Below, one piece after another: positions 1 through 11,379 of a stretch of 64,000 bases of DNA. This DNA comes from Eledone cirrhosa (taxonomy: Eukaryota), in the NCBI GenBank assembly GCA_964016885.1, contig OZ024754.1, positions 9,920,001 to 9,984,000 of the forward strand. The letters run 5' to 3'. The notes under the pieces are model-generated. The model made no database searches. It was not told where the DNA came from and worked only from the letters and a program-made list of their open reading frames with translations. Position 1 is the stretch's first letter, and every line of letters starts with the position of its first letter. The position numbers and the translations under genes were made by a program.

Positions 1-1851
1 AAAACGACAACTAAAATAGATAAATGAAATAATTTATAAAATTTAAAAAATAAAAAAAAACCTACACAAAACAACACAAAAGAAAACCCCCCACAAAACA
101 AACCCTCTCCCCCCACCAGGCCACAGTGGGGGACAATTAAAAAGTTTCAAGAGAATGCAAGGGAGGATTGCTCGGCACCATATTGAGCTGTGAGGTGCAA
201 CAGAAATGACAGCTGCACCAGTATTCTTTACTTGTAATTTGTTGTAATGTATTTAAATGTACAGCTGCTACAATCTCCAGCACTGCTTTCACTATTTCTA
301 CTGATCAACATTTTTACAAGAGATTTCCTACTTTTCTTTACTTCTATTTTATTTTATTATAACTTTACTTTAATTCATCTCCAGCTAAACTCCTCACACA
401 CACACTCTCTCTCTCTCTCTCTCACACACACACAAAGGTATACACACACACACACACATAGGTATACACACACACACACATAGGTATACACATACACACA
501 CAAAGGTTTACACACACACACACAGGTATACACACACAAAGGTTTACACACACAAAGGTTTACACACACACACACATAGGTATACACACACACAAAGGTT
601 TACACACACACACACAGGTATACACACACAAAGGTTTACACACACACACACATAGGTATACACACACACAAAGGTTTACACACACACACACAAAGGTTTA
701 TACACACACACAAAGGTTTATAGACACACACAAAGGTTTATACACACACACAAAGGTTTATACACACACACACAAAGGTTTATACACACACACAAAGGTA
801 TATACACACACACACAACGGTATACACACACACACACAACGGTATACACACACACACAAAGGTTTACACACACACAAAGGTATACACACATGCATACATT
901 CATAAGTCATAGATACCTTACACACATGCACACACACACATATACACATATACAAACCCTCAAAACAATCAGATACCTCACACATACACACACACACTCA
1001 TAGCAATCATAGACACCTTACACACACACACTCACAACAAGCACAGACACATCCCACATACAATACTACCACCACCACACACAACACCACTACCACTACC
1101 ACCACCACACACATCACTACTATCACTACCACCACACACAATGTCACTACTACCACCACTACCTCTACCACAACACCACTACCACCACCACACACAATGT
1201 CACTACTATCACCACTGCCACTACTACCACTACCACTACTACCACCACACACCACGTCACTACTATCACTACCAAAACTCCACTACTACCACCACAACAC
1301 CACTACCACCACCACACACAATGTCACTACTATCACCACTGCCACTACTACCACTACCACTACTACCACCACACACAACGTCACTACTATCACTACCAAA
1401 ACTCCACTACTACCACCACAACACCACCACAATTACTACCATCACAACACCACAATCACTACCACCACCACAACCACTATCACCACACACAACACCACCA
1501 CCATCACAACCACCATACACAACTCCAACATCACCACCACACAACACTACCACCGCCACACAACACTTTATTCTTACCACTTACTAAACTAATATATTAT
1601 TAATCTTATTTACATATTCTTTCTACTTTAAACATCAATTAACTGTATTACATTCACTAATTCATTGGCATTCTCCTAGATGTCTTAATCCAGGAAAACC
1701 AGGAACAAGCTAGGCTATAAGAACTATTAGTAGAAATTATAGATGCTATGAAATATTTAATAACTGGCATATAATTCCTATACTGTTCACATATTACTTT
1801 CATCATTCAACCAGAAATTTTCTTTGACCAGCAAAATAACCACACAGTTAA

Positions 1852-2074
1852 CCCTTTAGCATTTAAATCAGCCATATCTGGCCAGAAGTCTATCACCTCT
1901 TTCTGTTCAAACCGGCTGTAACCAGCTGCTCATACTGACGTTAAGGTATTTTTTTTTCAAAATAAATAATATCAAAATCTTGTAGATTCGATACTATGCG
2001 AGATAATTATGTGATATAAAGTGTTTATCATGAAAATACAATAGTAAATATAGAGTAGTTTACATGTTAAAGGG
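1852..2074. mobile_element. piggyBac-like MITE, family P1
   Basis: TTAA at 1848-1851 and 2075-2078. TIRs are ccctttagcattta and tacatgttaaaggg. The body is the reverse complement of the copies at 7079, 50068, 55091 and 61625. Confidence 0.8.
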
Positions 2075-2096
2075 TTAACCATGTCTTGCAGTCATG

Positions 2097-2165
2097 TTAA
2101 CCCTTTTGATACCGGCCTGGCCAAAATTGACCCTGGTTCTACTAAAGAAATCTACCCATTTAAAA
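2097..2165. mobile_element. One end of a second TTAA/CCCTT-terminal element, family P2
   Basis: ttaacccttttgataccggcctggccaaaa...ctggttctac resembles the reverse complement of 43869-43940. Confidence 0.5.
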
Positions 2166-2189
2166 TTATTCCTATATAGATTTATATCC

Positions 2190-2650
2190 TCCAACATGAT
2201 ATTAAACAAGAACCTGGCCAAAACTGCCCAGATTCTATGGAAGAAAACAGCCCATGGGGCTGAACCTAGGGGTCAGCAAAAGGCCAGATGACATGACCCT
2301 CTTCCCGTTCTGTGGCAGTAAACCCCTGATCTGAGAGGTCACATGCAGGGACACTTTCTCCAGTGGCAACCTGGTGCAGTCTGTGACTAATCCAGGCTCT
2401 GCTGCACTTTGGGCTGAGAAGGGTAAACTCTACAAATATTGGTCACTTTCCGACTGGTTTGCAGTTGTGTATGTAGGAGTGGAGACTTCTGGAGTTCTCG
2501 GCCCTAGGACCACCTCTCTAGGACCATTGGCACGGAGTTGGCTTCCCACAAGTGTAAGCCTTGCGAGCTGGACTGGCTCTTCCAATGTATCTCCCTCACA
2601 ATCCACCGAGGAAATGTTTTCTCTATTCTGTCCACTGGGACCACATTTGC
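2190..2650 (+). mobile_element. Degenerate 3' fragment of a CRE-like non-LTR retrotransposon (restriction-like endonuclease domain)
   Basis: Translates as KRPDDMTLFPFCGSKPLI*EVTCRDTFSSGNLVQSVTNPGSAALWAEKGKLYKY...VGVETSGVLGP. After a frameshift it reads IGTELAS...ELDWLFQCISLTIHRGNVFSIL. This fits the RLE C-terminal pattern KRPDG.T...L.WD.TC.DT / AE..K..KY / VET.G..G / LFQR.S..I.RGN. Confidence 0.8.
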
Positions 2651-5459
2651 ATATAAGTTTAGTTATCATAGAACTAAGTGTGTAGTTTAGTATCAAAAGT
2701 GTTAAAACTGGAATTAATTCTTTTGCTAGTATATATATATATATATATATATTTTTTATTTATATATCTTAGTTTGAAATTTAAAATTTATAAAAATAAA
2801 ATGTTTTCATAAACAAAATTAGAGGGGAGAGACAAGCTCACTAAAACTGAAATTAAAATTCTAACCTAATTGGGGGGGAGGGGAGTTGGTTAAACCTTGT
2901 TCTGTTAATCAATTTCAATTTTGTGTTTAACAAATTTCAATTAAAGTTTGAAATAATTTCATTTGTATTCTTTTTCTTTTTTTCCTCCCAATTTATTTTC
3001 TTTGATTGATAATTCTTCTTTTTTTTTTTCATGTAATATAATGATGAGGCTAAACTTTCTGTCTGGCATTCAAGCATTTCATTGCTATTACATTTTAATA
3101 CTATTAATAAACAAACAAACAAACAAACAAACAAACAAACAAATAAATAAATAAATAAATAAATAAACAATATTAAATTTGTAAAGAAAACTTGAACTGA
3201 AATTCCCTTTATTGGTTTGAACTTATAATTACTACTTCTATTATGATGATAAACTGAGAAAAACTTCTCTTTTTTGTAACTCTTGAGTCAAAAGAGAAAA
3301 TGTTATGTTAAAAAATAAACAATGGAAGACTAAAATATCCCTAAAAAAAGAAAAGAAAAAAAAAACGGAATAAATCGAGTGATTGATTTATTGATGAGCG
3401 GGGTGTAGCAAACAGCAGCGCTGATTGGTGAGTAAGCATTCATTAGTTCAGAGAGAGCACTGGCAAATCAAAGTTAACTACACATGACTTGCGGATAAGA
3501 GCCGACTGAGCGGTGCTTATTATAGTCTTTGTCGTATTCGTCTGGTTAGCTACAGTAGAAAGATGTCAACAGAGCTTAATCACCTGAATTACCTTGTCTT
3601 CATTTACTGTCTTGTTTTAGTAGAGAGGGCAAAGAACTTTGAAACGACAACAACAACAACGACGACAATAACGAGGACAACAACGAGGACAACAACGAGG
3701 ACAAGACAACAACAACGACGACAATAACAACAACAATAACGACAACAACAACAACGACGACAATAACAACAACAACAACGACAATAACGAGGACGACAAC
3801 AACAATAACAACAACAACAACGACAATAACAACAACAACAAGAACGACAATAACGAGGACGACAACAACAACAACGACGACGACGACAAGAACAACTTTT
3901 ATTAATCAGTCAGTCCTCCTCTACTGGAAATACCTTTCTGGGGAGAGATATATAGAGGGAGAGAGGGAGAGAGTGAGTGAGTGAGTGAGTGAGAGATGGA
4001 GGGAGAGAGAGAGAGATGGAGGGAGAGAGAGAGAGATGGAGGGAGAGAGAGAGAGATGGAGGGAGAGAGAGAGAGTGAGTGAGTGAAAGATGGAGAGAGA
4101 GAAAGAGAGAGAGTGAGTGAGTGAAAGATAGAGAGAGAGTGAGTGAGTGAAAGATAGAGAGAGAGTGAGTGAGTGAAAGATAGAGAGAGAGTGAGTGAGT
4201 GAAAGATGGAGAGAGAGAGAGAGAGATGGAGGGAGGGAGAGAGAGATGGAGGGAGAGAGAGAGAGAGAGAGATGGAGGGAGAGAGAGAGAGAGAGATGGA
4301 GGGAGAGAGAGAGAGAGATGGAGGGAGAGAGAGAGAGAGATGGAGGGAGAGAGAGAGAGAGATGGAGGGAGAGAGAGAGAGGTGGAGGGAGAGAGAGAGA
4401 GAGATGGAGGGAGAGAGAGAGAGAGATGGAGGGAGAGAGAGAGATGGAGGGAGAGAGAGAGAGAGATGGAGGGAGAGAGAGAGAGGTGGAGGGAGAGAGA
4501 GAGAGAGATGGAGGGAGAGAGAGAGAGAGATGGAGGGAGAGAGAGAGAGGTGGAGGGAGAGAGAGAGAGAGATGGAGGGAGAGAGAGAGAGAGATGGAGG
4601 GAGAGAGAGAGATGGAGGGAGAGAGAGATGGAGGGAGGGAGGGAGAGAGAGATGGAGGGAGAGATGGAGGGAGAGAGAGAGAGATGGAGGGAGAGAGAGA
4701 GAGATGGAGGGAGAGAGAGAGAGATGGAGGGAGAGAGGGGGAGGCAGGGAGAGATAGGGGGAAAGAGGGGGAGGCAGGGAGAGATAGGGGGAGAGGGGGG
4801 AGAGATAGGGGGGAGAGGGGGAGGCAGGGAGAGATAGGGGGGAGAGAGGGAGGCAGGGAGAGACGGAAAAGACGGGGTGGGTGGGGGTGCTATCATCATC
4901 ATCATCTTTCTAATGTCTGCTTTCCCTCCAAACAAGGATGTGGATATGGTACCTGATGTCATCTTAATAAGGACACCATCTTTGTTAGCAGGGAAGACAG
5001 CCAAGTAATTAGGAGTTTATTTGCATTCTTCATTACTACCACTAGTTCTACTGCTACAACTACTACTACAACTACTACCACTAGTTCTACTGCTACAACT
5101 ACTACTACAACTACTACCACTAGTTCTACTGCTACAACTACTACTACAACTACTACCACTAGTTCTACTGTTACAACTACTACTACTACTACAACTACTA
5201 CCACTAGTTCTACTGCTACAACTACTACTACTACTACTACCACTAGTTCTACTGCTACAACTACTACTGCTACTACCACTAGTTCTACTGCTACAACTAC
5301 TACTACTACCACTAGTTCTACTGCTACAACTACTACCACTAGTTCTACTACTACAACAACTACTACTACTACCACTACTACTAGTTCTACTACCACTACC
5401 ACGACCACCACTATGAGTTTATTCCAGAAGGAGAGAGAAGGGGGGGAGGAGACTTTATA

Positions 5460-5572
5460 TTTTGAAAACAATACCTTAACATAAGTATAAGTGGCAAGTT
5501 ATGGCTGGTTTGAACAGAAAGTAGCAAGACGATTTTGGCTGGTTACGGCCATTTTAAAAGCTGAAGGGTTAA
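5460..5572. mobile_element. Partial P1 MITE (right half)
   Basis: aataccttaacataagtataag...ggtttgaacagaaa...ctgaagggTTAA is shared with the full P1 copies. Confidence 0.65.
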
Positions 5573-5691
5573 TGCCACATAAATGAGAGACATGCACCAG
5601 TCTGGTGAAGAGACAGGATTATATGTTAGAGTGACTGAAATATATATCATATGACATCTATTCCACTCTGTAACACACCTGGTCACTGTAA

Positions 5692-5950
5692 TCATCATCA
5701 TCATCATCATCATCGTTTAACGTCTATCTTCCACGCTAGCATCGGTTTAGATGTTAATTGTCCCGCTTGAGGCAAGATTGGTTGTCTTGCTCGTGTAGGA
5801 CTGTTTAGCAGGTTTTCTACGGCTGGATGCCCTTCCTAACACCAACCACGTTTACAGTGTGGACTGGGAGGTTTTTACTGTGTTACCTACACGGCCACAT
5901 TACAGCGTGAACTGTGTGTTTTTTTTTTTTCGTGACACCTACACGACCTC
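5692..5950 (-). mobile_element. SINE-like family C fragment with (ATG)n tail
   Basis: (atc)n-gtttaacgtc..ttccacgctagcat..ttctacggctggatgcccttcctaacaccaacc recurs at 22656-22850, 47011-47170 and 55075-55540. Confidence 0.7.
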
Positions 5951-6151
5951 ATTTATTTAGGACTGGATGTTGTGGTACCAACATAATGTAATGTAATATA
6001 TTCATGAATATCACAAAGTATTTACAGTACCTATATCATATTTATACAGTTCACATTCTGTACTGCAGTGACTAAAGTACAGGGTCTTTTAAAAAAAAAT
6101 TGATATTATTTGAGATGTAAATATAACTATTTTTCTCTTTATTAAGTTGGA

Positions 6152-6208
<57 letters not shown>

Positions 6209-6292
6209 AAAGGTAAACAGAAATAACAACACAATCGGTACAGTATATGGAAGGGATATATTAGGTTAACGCTTGATATAGCAGGAAGAGGG

Positions 6293-6328
6293 TCTTAACG
6301 TTTCGGACGCTAGCCCTTCATCAGAAGA
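6293..6328 (-). ncRNA. Minimal type I hammerhead ribozyme motif (Penelope-like element type)
   Basis: The minus strand reads UCUU-CUGAUGA-A-GGGC(UAGC)GUCC-GAAAC-GUU|AAGA. It has the intact CUGANGA and GAAA cores, a 4-bp helix II, a palindromic AACGUU helix III and a 4-bp helix I (UCUU/AAGA). Confidence 0.7.
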
Positions 6329-6514
6329 AATAAGATAGATTGAGGGGACGGGCGGGTTGGAATTGGAAAAAATGTCTTTAGATAAAAATAACAGGTCCAT
6401 TCATGTTGACATCTCTTACAGACAATATTTACTAGAATGCAAAGCCTTTCCCAAAAATAAAATGATCTACGGACATAATTCAATTGTATTTAAACACCCA
6501 AAAATGTTTACATA

Positions 6515-6682
6515 CCGTATTTCCTGGCACTGAAGACGTTTTGTCCTCGAGGACGCACCCTAACTTTGACAACCAAAAATTTGAAAAAATATAATAAACA
6601 ACCTTTGGCCTCCAAGATACATGGTAGATTTTTGAGACTTAATTTAGGAAAAAGGTAGAGTCTTCGATGCTGGGAATTACGA
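6515..6682. mobile_element. Tc1/mariner-superfamily (Tc2/pogo-like) MITE
   Basis: Imperfect TIRs ccgtatttcctggcactgaagac and gtcttcgatgctgggaattacga, flanked by TA. Confidence 0.6.
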
Positions 6683-6782
6683 TATATATCCCTGAAACTA
6701 GAAAGTTTAGGACAGCGATAATAAGCAGGCTTCATCCTGAGTAACATAGCAGATTTATTCCTCAAAAATTTGTCAATATATA

Positions 6783-6877
6783 CAGGATGTCCCAAAAAAT
6801 GTACATACACTTCGACAGCATTCTTAAATATTGCCTGTATAAGTAATCAAAAGTGTATACATTTTTGGGACACCCTG
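6783..6877. mobile_element. Mariner-like MITE
   Basis: TIRs caggatgtcccaaaaaatgta and tacatttttgggacaccctg with TA on both sides. Related ends occur at 57562-57590 and 57668-57730. Confidence 0.7.
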
Positions 6878-7078
6878 TATATATATTTTAATGTAAAAAC
6901 CTTGGGAACCATTAATATAAAATTATTTGAAACATCCTGTATAATACTGTTTCTTTACAACTGATATAACTATTGATGTAATTCAGTATCACAAGAGACT
7001 AATAATTCACCAAATTATTTTATTGAGGAAATCATTTGTGATTTTTGAAAATTTGCAAAACCTATAACTACTTTTTAA

Positions 7079-7298
7079 CCCTTTAGCATTTACATTACTC
7101 TATATATACTATTGTATTTTCATGGTAAAGGCTTTATATCACATAATTATCTCACATAATATCGAATTTATGAGATTTTGATATTATTTATTTTGAGAAT
7201 ATTACTTTAATGTTGGATGAGCAGCCAGTTAGAGCTGGTTTGACCAGAAAGAGGTGAGAGAATTCTGGCTGGATACAGCTGGTTTAAATGCTAAAGGG
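7079..7298. mobile_element. piggyBac-like MITE, family P1
   Basis: TTAA-ccctttagcattta ... taaatgctaaaggg-TTAA, with perfect 14-bp TIRs. Confidence 0.85.
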
Positions 7299-7381
7299 TT
7301 AAAGAGATTACCAATATGATTTCTGATATCTATATATCTATATATATATCATCATCATCATCATTTTACGTCCACTTTTCC

Positions 7382-7419
<38 letters not shown>

Positions 7420-7427
7420 AGCCATGT

Positions 7428-7772
7428 GGGGGCACATGGTTTAGTGGTTAGAGCATTGGACTTGCAATTGAAAGGTTGTGAGTTCAATTCTCGGACCGGA
7501 TGATGTGTTGTTTCCTTGAGCAAGACACTTTATTTCACATCGCTCCAGTTTACTCAGCTGTAGAAATGAGATGATAGGGACTGGGGTCCATATCATTCCA
7601 CTGCAAAGTGGTCGTGGAGGTGCCACGGCAAAAAAGCACCCAGTACTCACTGTAAATGAGATTGGCGTTAGGAAGGGCATCCAGCTGTAGAAATCAAGCC
7701 AGAATCAGTTCCCGTCCCACCCTTGCAAGCAGGGAAAAAGCGGATGTAAAATGAAATGAAATGAATGAAATG
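7428..7772 (+). mobile_element. tRNA-derived SINE family A (CORE-like), full length
   Basis: A box tggtttagtgg, B box gagttcaattc, CORE-like ccttgagcaagacactt, and 3' tail cccgtcccacccttgcaagcagggaaaaagcgg-(atg-rich). Near-identical copies lie elsewhere in the window. Confidence 0.88.
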
Positions 7773-8148
7773 AGTATATATATATATATATAGAGGCACA
7801 TGGCTTAGTGGTTAGAGCATGGCTCCATTGAAGTGTGTCGGACGGAAAATGGCTGATGACTCGTGTCGCAGTAAATAGTGACCAGAACTTAAGATGACGT
7901 AGAATAACAACAGCCAATGGCATGACAAGAGTGGAAGATGTTTTTTGAAGGTGTTTTTTGACGATAACACCCCAGCGAGAAAATTTGCTCCGAACGAACT
8001 GCCCGTGTCCGAAGGAACCTGCAGCTGTAGAATCAGACAGATCCATACAGTGATCATGTCTCGAGCTACCTGCCGGCGAAACAATTGTAACACGCAATAA
8101 ACTGAGTCCAAATGCATCACTGATTTTTGGTTTTTTTATACTATATAT

Positions 8149-8257
8149 ATCATCATCATCATCATCATTTCATTTTACGTCCACTTTTCCCTGCTTGCAA
8201 GGGTGGGACGGGAACTGATTCTGGCTTGATTTCTACAGCTGGATGCCCTTCCTAACA

Positions 8258-8260
<3 letters not shown>
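8149..8260 (-). mobile_element. SINE A 3' fragment
   Basis: Reverse complement of the SINE A tail, truncated at a (TA)n tract. Confidence 0.8.
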
Positions 8261-8310
<50 letters not shown>

Positions 8311-8499
8311 CGTTTTGAATTTGAATTTATAATAAATTGGAGTGAAAACCAACAGGTGCGTGTGTTTTTATTGGCAACATGACCCTCCCAAAATATAACA
8401 ATATATATATTATATATATATAACGAAGGAAATGTGGTAAGGAACCAGGTGGACCATAACGCACCAAAGTACTCAATACTTAGGGTAGTAGAGTGGGTA

Positions 8500-8578
8500 A
8501 TAGGAACGAGTAGGACCCCGACGGCTGAGCTCAAGCCTTTTCGACGGCTATATCTGGCCGTCGGAGTCCTACTCGTTC

Positions 8579-8582
<4 letters not shown>
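8500..8582. repeat. Inverted repeat with 26-bp arms (1 mismatch) and a 31-nt loop
   Basis: ataggaacgagtaggaccccgacggc (8500-8525) pairs with gccgtcggagtcctactcgttcctat (8557-8582). Confidence 0.9.
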
Positions 8583-8626
<44 letters not shown>

Positions 8627-9440
8627 GCATGGGAAAGAGATATAGAAGAAGAATTGACTTGGTACTGGACTGTTACTATTTTTTATCAACTGCGAAATGA
8701 TGAAAAGCAAAGTTGACTGCAGCAACTTCTGAACACAGAACATAGAGGGCCAAAATACTGCAAAGCATTCATTCTATCAGACATTTGAATGGCGCTGCCA
8801 ATTTGTTACCTCTGTAGCAGTACAGAAATCTTCAATCTTTCAACACAAAGTCTAAAGTAGCAGAATAACAGTAAGATTTTACAGCTAGATACTGTCATGG
8901 AAATCACTTAGATTTTACAAGATTTGCCAATTAGAAGGAAATTGATGAAATGGAAAACAAAAGACTGAGATTTGTAATTGGTCCAAAACATTTCAACTTC
9001 TCATAGCTGGAAGCTTGTTTGAAAACTTTTGTCTTTATCTACCGAAAGATTACAAACAAAGTGGGCTTAACTCATATTTAATTCATTTACAAACTTAATA
9101 GAATTGACTGCCAAATTATTTGCAAGAACATAAAAAAAAAAACACTAAGAAATTTTTCCAGTTGATATGGCTGATTCTTTTACAGTGTTAGAATAATCTA
9201 GAAGTTTTGATACTAATATCACAAGGAAGACATAAGAAGCATAGTTTTATAAAAGTATTCAACCTGGGGAATTATTTGGTTTACAACGGTTTAATCTAGA
9301 TTTTGTAGGATGTGGCAGTTGCATTTAAATGAAATGGATAGACTGTGGATAAGAGAAGTCAACAAGGAAAATTATCAAACGAGAAAAATACAATACAATG
9401 ATGGTGTATTGTATCAGTTTAATATAGTTGGAAAAGTGTT

Positions 9441-9474
9441 GTAGCATTTCAGACACTGGTCCTTCATCGAAAGA
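9441..9474 (-). other. Degenerate hammerhead-like / Penelope-end relic
   Basis: The minus strand reads UCGAUGA-A-GGAC(CAGU)GUCU-GAAAUGC, the same layout as the 6293 motif but with the CUGA core altered. Confidence 0.4.
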
Positions 9475-10154
9475 TTGAATGCAAGAGAGAAATATATATA
9501 TATATATGTAAGAGAGGGCGGGGGGGGGGGGGGGGGGGAAGGAGAGAGCATGTTCAGAAGAAAGAAGGAAATAATGAAGATAGATTAGAGAAAGAAAAAG
9601 AAAGAAAATAGGAAAAGGAGAGAGAGAAAAAAAGGCAAATGGACCATATTTATAATAAAATACATTGCCTATAATTTTCAAATAATTTTGAAAATAATCA
9701 GGAATTTTAAAAAACATAACTAAATGTCTCATTATGTATCTTCCATTTGGAAAATAACTTAACAAAGGTTCCTAAATAATATTGCGATGGGTGATTTTTG
9801 GAGAAACATAAACACTATAAAACAAAACAATTTTGTATCACAGAACGAAAGGTTGTTATTAGAAGGGTTAAACAGAGATATTTCTAAATGTCCATATCCC
9901 TTTATATAAGAGGGTTTAGACTGATAAAGTCAACAGAAAAAAGTGTGAAGAAAAACGAGTGTTCACTTATATTTAGAAGACATCAAGTAGAAGAGAGAGG
10001 GGAGATGGTAAGGATTATGGAGGTTAAAGAGAAATGAGATAATGATAAAAAAAATCTAACAAAATAAGGCATGACTGAACAGGTTATTAAATTCTGGAGT
10101 AGCTAAGACTATTAAAGATGGGGAAAAATAATGTTAGTATTTGTGATGAGGGAG

Positions 10155-10750
10155 ATGGTGGTGGTGGTGGTGATGATGGTGGAGGTGGTGTCAATGGTGG
10201 TGGTGGAGGTGGTGGTGATGGTGGTTGTGGAGGTGGTAGAGGTGGTGGTGATGGTGGAGGTGGTGGTGATGGTGGAGGTGGTGGTGATGGTGGTTGTGGA
10301 GGTGGTGGAGGTGGTGGTGATGGTGGTTGTGGAGGTGGTGTCAATGGTGGTAGAGGTGGTGGTGGTGGTAGAGGTGGTGGTGATGGTGGAGGTGGTGGTG
10401 GTGGTTGTGGAGGTGGTAGAGGTGGTGGTGATGGTGGAGGTGGTGGTGATGGTGGTTATGGAGGTGGTAGTGATGGTGGTGGTGGTGATGATTGTGGTGG
10501 TGATTGTGGTGGTGATGATGGTGGTGATGATGGTGGTGATGGTGATGATGGTGGTGATGATGGTGGTGATGGTGATGGTGATGATGGTGGTGATGATGAT
10601 GGTGATGATGGTGATGATGGTGGTGATGATGATGGTGATGATGATGATGATGGTGATGATGGTGGTGGTGATGGTGATGATGGTGGTGATGATGGTGATG
10701 ATGGTGATGATGGTGGTGATGATGATGATGATGGTGATGATGGTGGTGGT
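10155..10750. repeat. (GGT/GAT)n trinucleotide low-complexity tract
   Basis: Direct inspection. Similar tracts lie at 14020-14805, 31950-32210, 35080-35815, 36945-37305 and 48255-49065. Confidence 0.95.
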
Positions 10751-10920
10751 GAATATAGTGCAGTTGTTGATGATGGGGGGGGGGGGGGGAAGAAGAAGTG
10801 ATTATCTTTATAAAATGATGATGAAAGAGGTGGTAGAGATTGCTGAGCCATTACTGCCATGCCGATGATGATGATGATGACAATGGCAAATAACACAAAC
10901 GACAATAACAATGGCGGTGC

Positions 10921-10950
<30 letters not shown>

Positions 10951-10951
<1 letters not shown>

Positions 10952-11169
10952 TGTTTCTATGTTAGACACAAGGCCAGCAATTTTTGGGGAAGGGAATGTC
11001 GATTAAATCGACCCCCAGTGTGTGACTGGTACTTTATTTTATCGAGCCTGTAAGGATGAAAGGCAAAGTTATCTTTGGCGGGGATTTGAACTCAGACCGT
11101 AAAGGGCCGTAACTCTATGCTGCAAAGCATGTGGTCCGACTCTCTACCGATTCTGCCAATCCACCACCC
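10951..11169 (-). mobile_element. tRNA-derived SINE family B
   Basis: The reverse complement has A box tggcagaatcgg, B box gagttcaaatccc, central ctttgcctttcatccttac...gataaaataaagtaccag and a (TTA)n tail. Confidence 0.85.
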
Positions 11170-11200
11170 TAATAATGATAATAATTATTACTATTATTAT

Positions 11201-11341
11201 TTGGAACACTTCAAAAGGCATGCTTGCTGGGAACAGCAACAACCCTCTGATACGTCCTGAATATCTGAGGCTGCAGGTAGCGGCTTGATATTCATTTCAA
11301 CAAACTTTCCAGTTAAATAACATCAATGACTGAGACTCAAA

Positions 11342-11345
<4 letters not shown>
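11201..11345 (+). mobile_element. 3' end of an R4/Dong-clade non-LTR retrotransposon
   Basis: Translates as GTLQKACLLGTATTL*YVLNI*, matching the LQKxxLLGTAxILRxVL C-terminus. A short 3' UTR and a (TAA)n tail follow. Confidence 0.7.

Positions 11346-11378
<33 letters not shown>

Positions 11379-11379
<1 letters not shown>

Noticed and set aside
247-1592. ORFs rich in His/Thr/Val/Cys, and the many similar ORFs elsewhere (YI, CV, HT, ER, SL, DG repeats)
   Set aside because: They are translations of di- and trinucleotide microsatellites, with no domain signal or credible splice context.
2430-2696. 88-aa minus-strand ORF as a possible last exon of the kinase
   Set aside because: It has no similarity to the CNH C-terminus and is the antisense shadow of the CRE-like relic.
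7428-7500. tRNA genes at SINE heads
   Set aside because: A and B boxes are present, but they continue into multi-copy SINE bodies and I could not build a proper cloverleaf.
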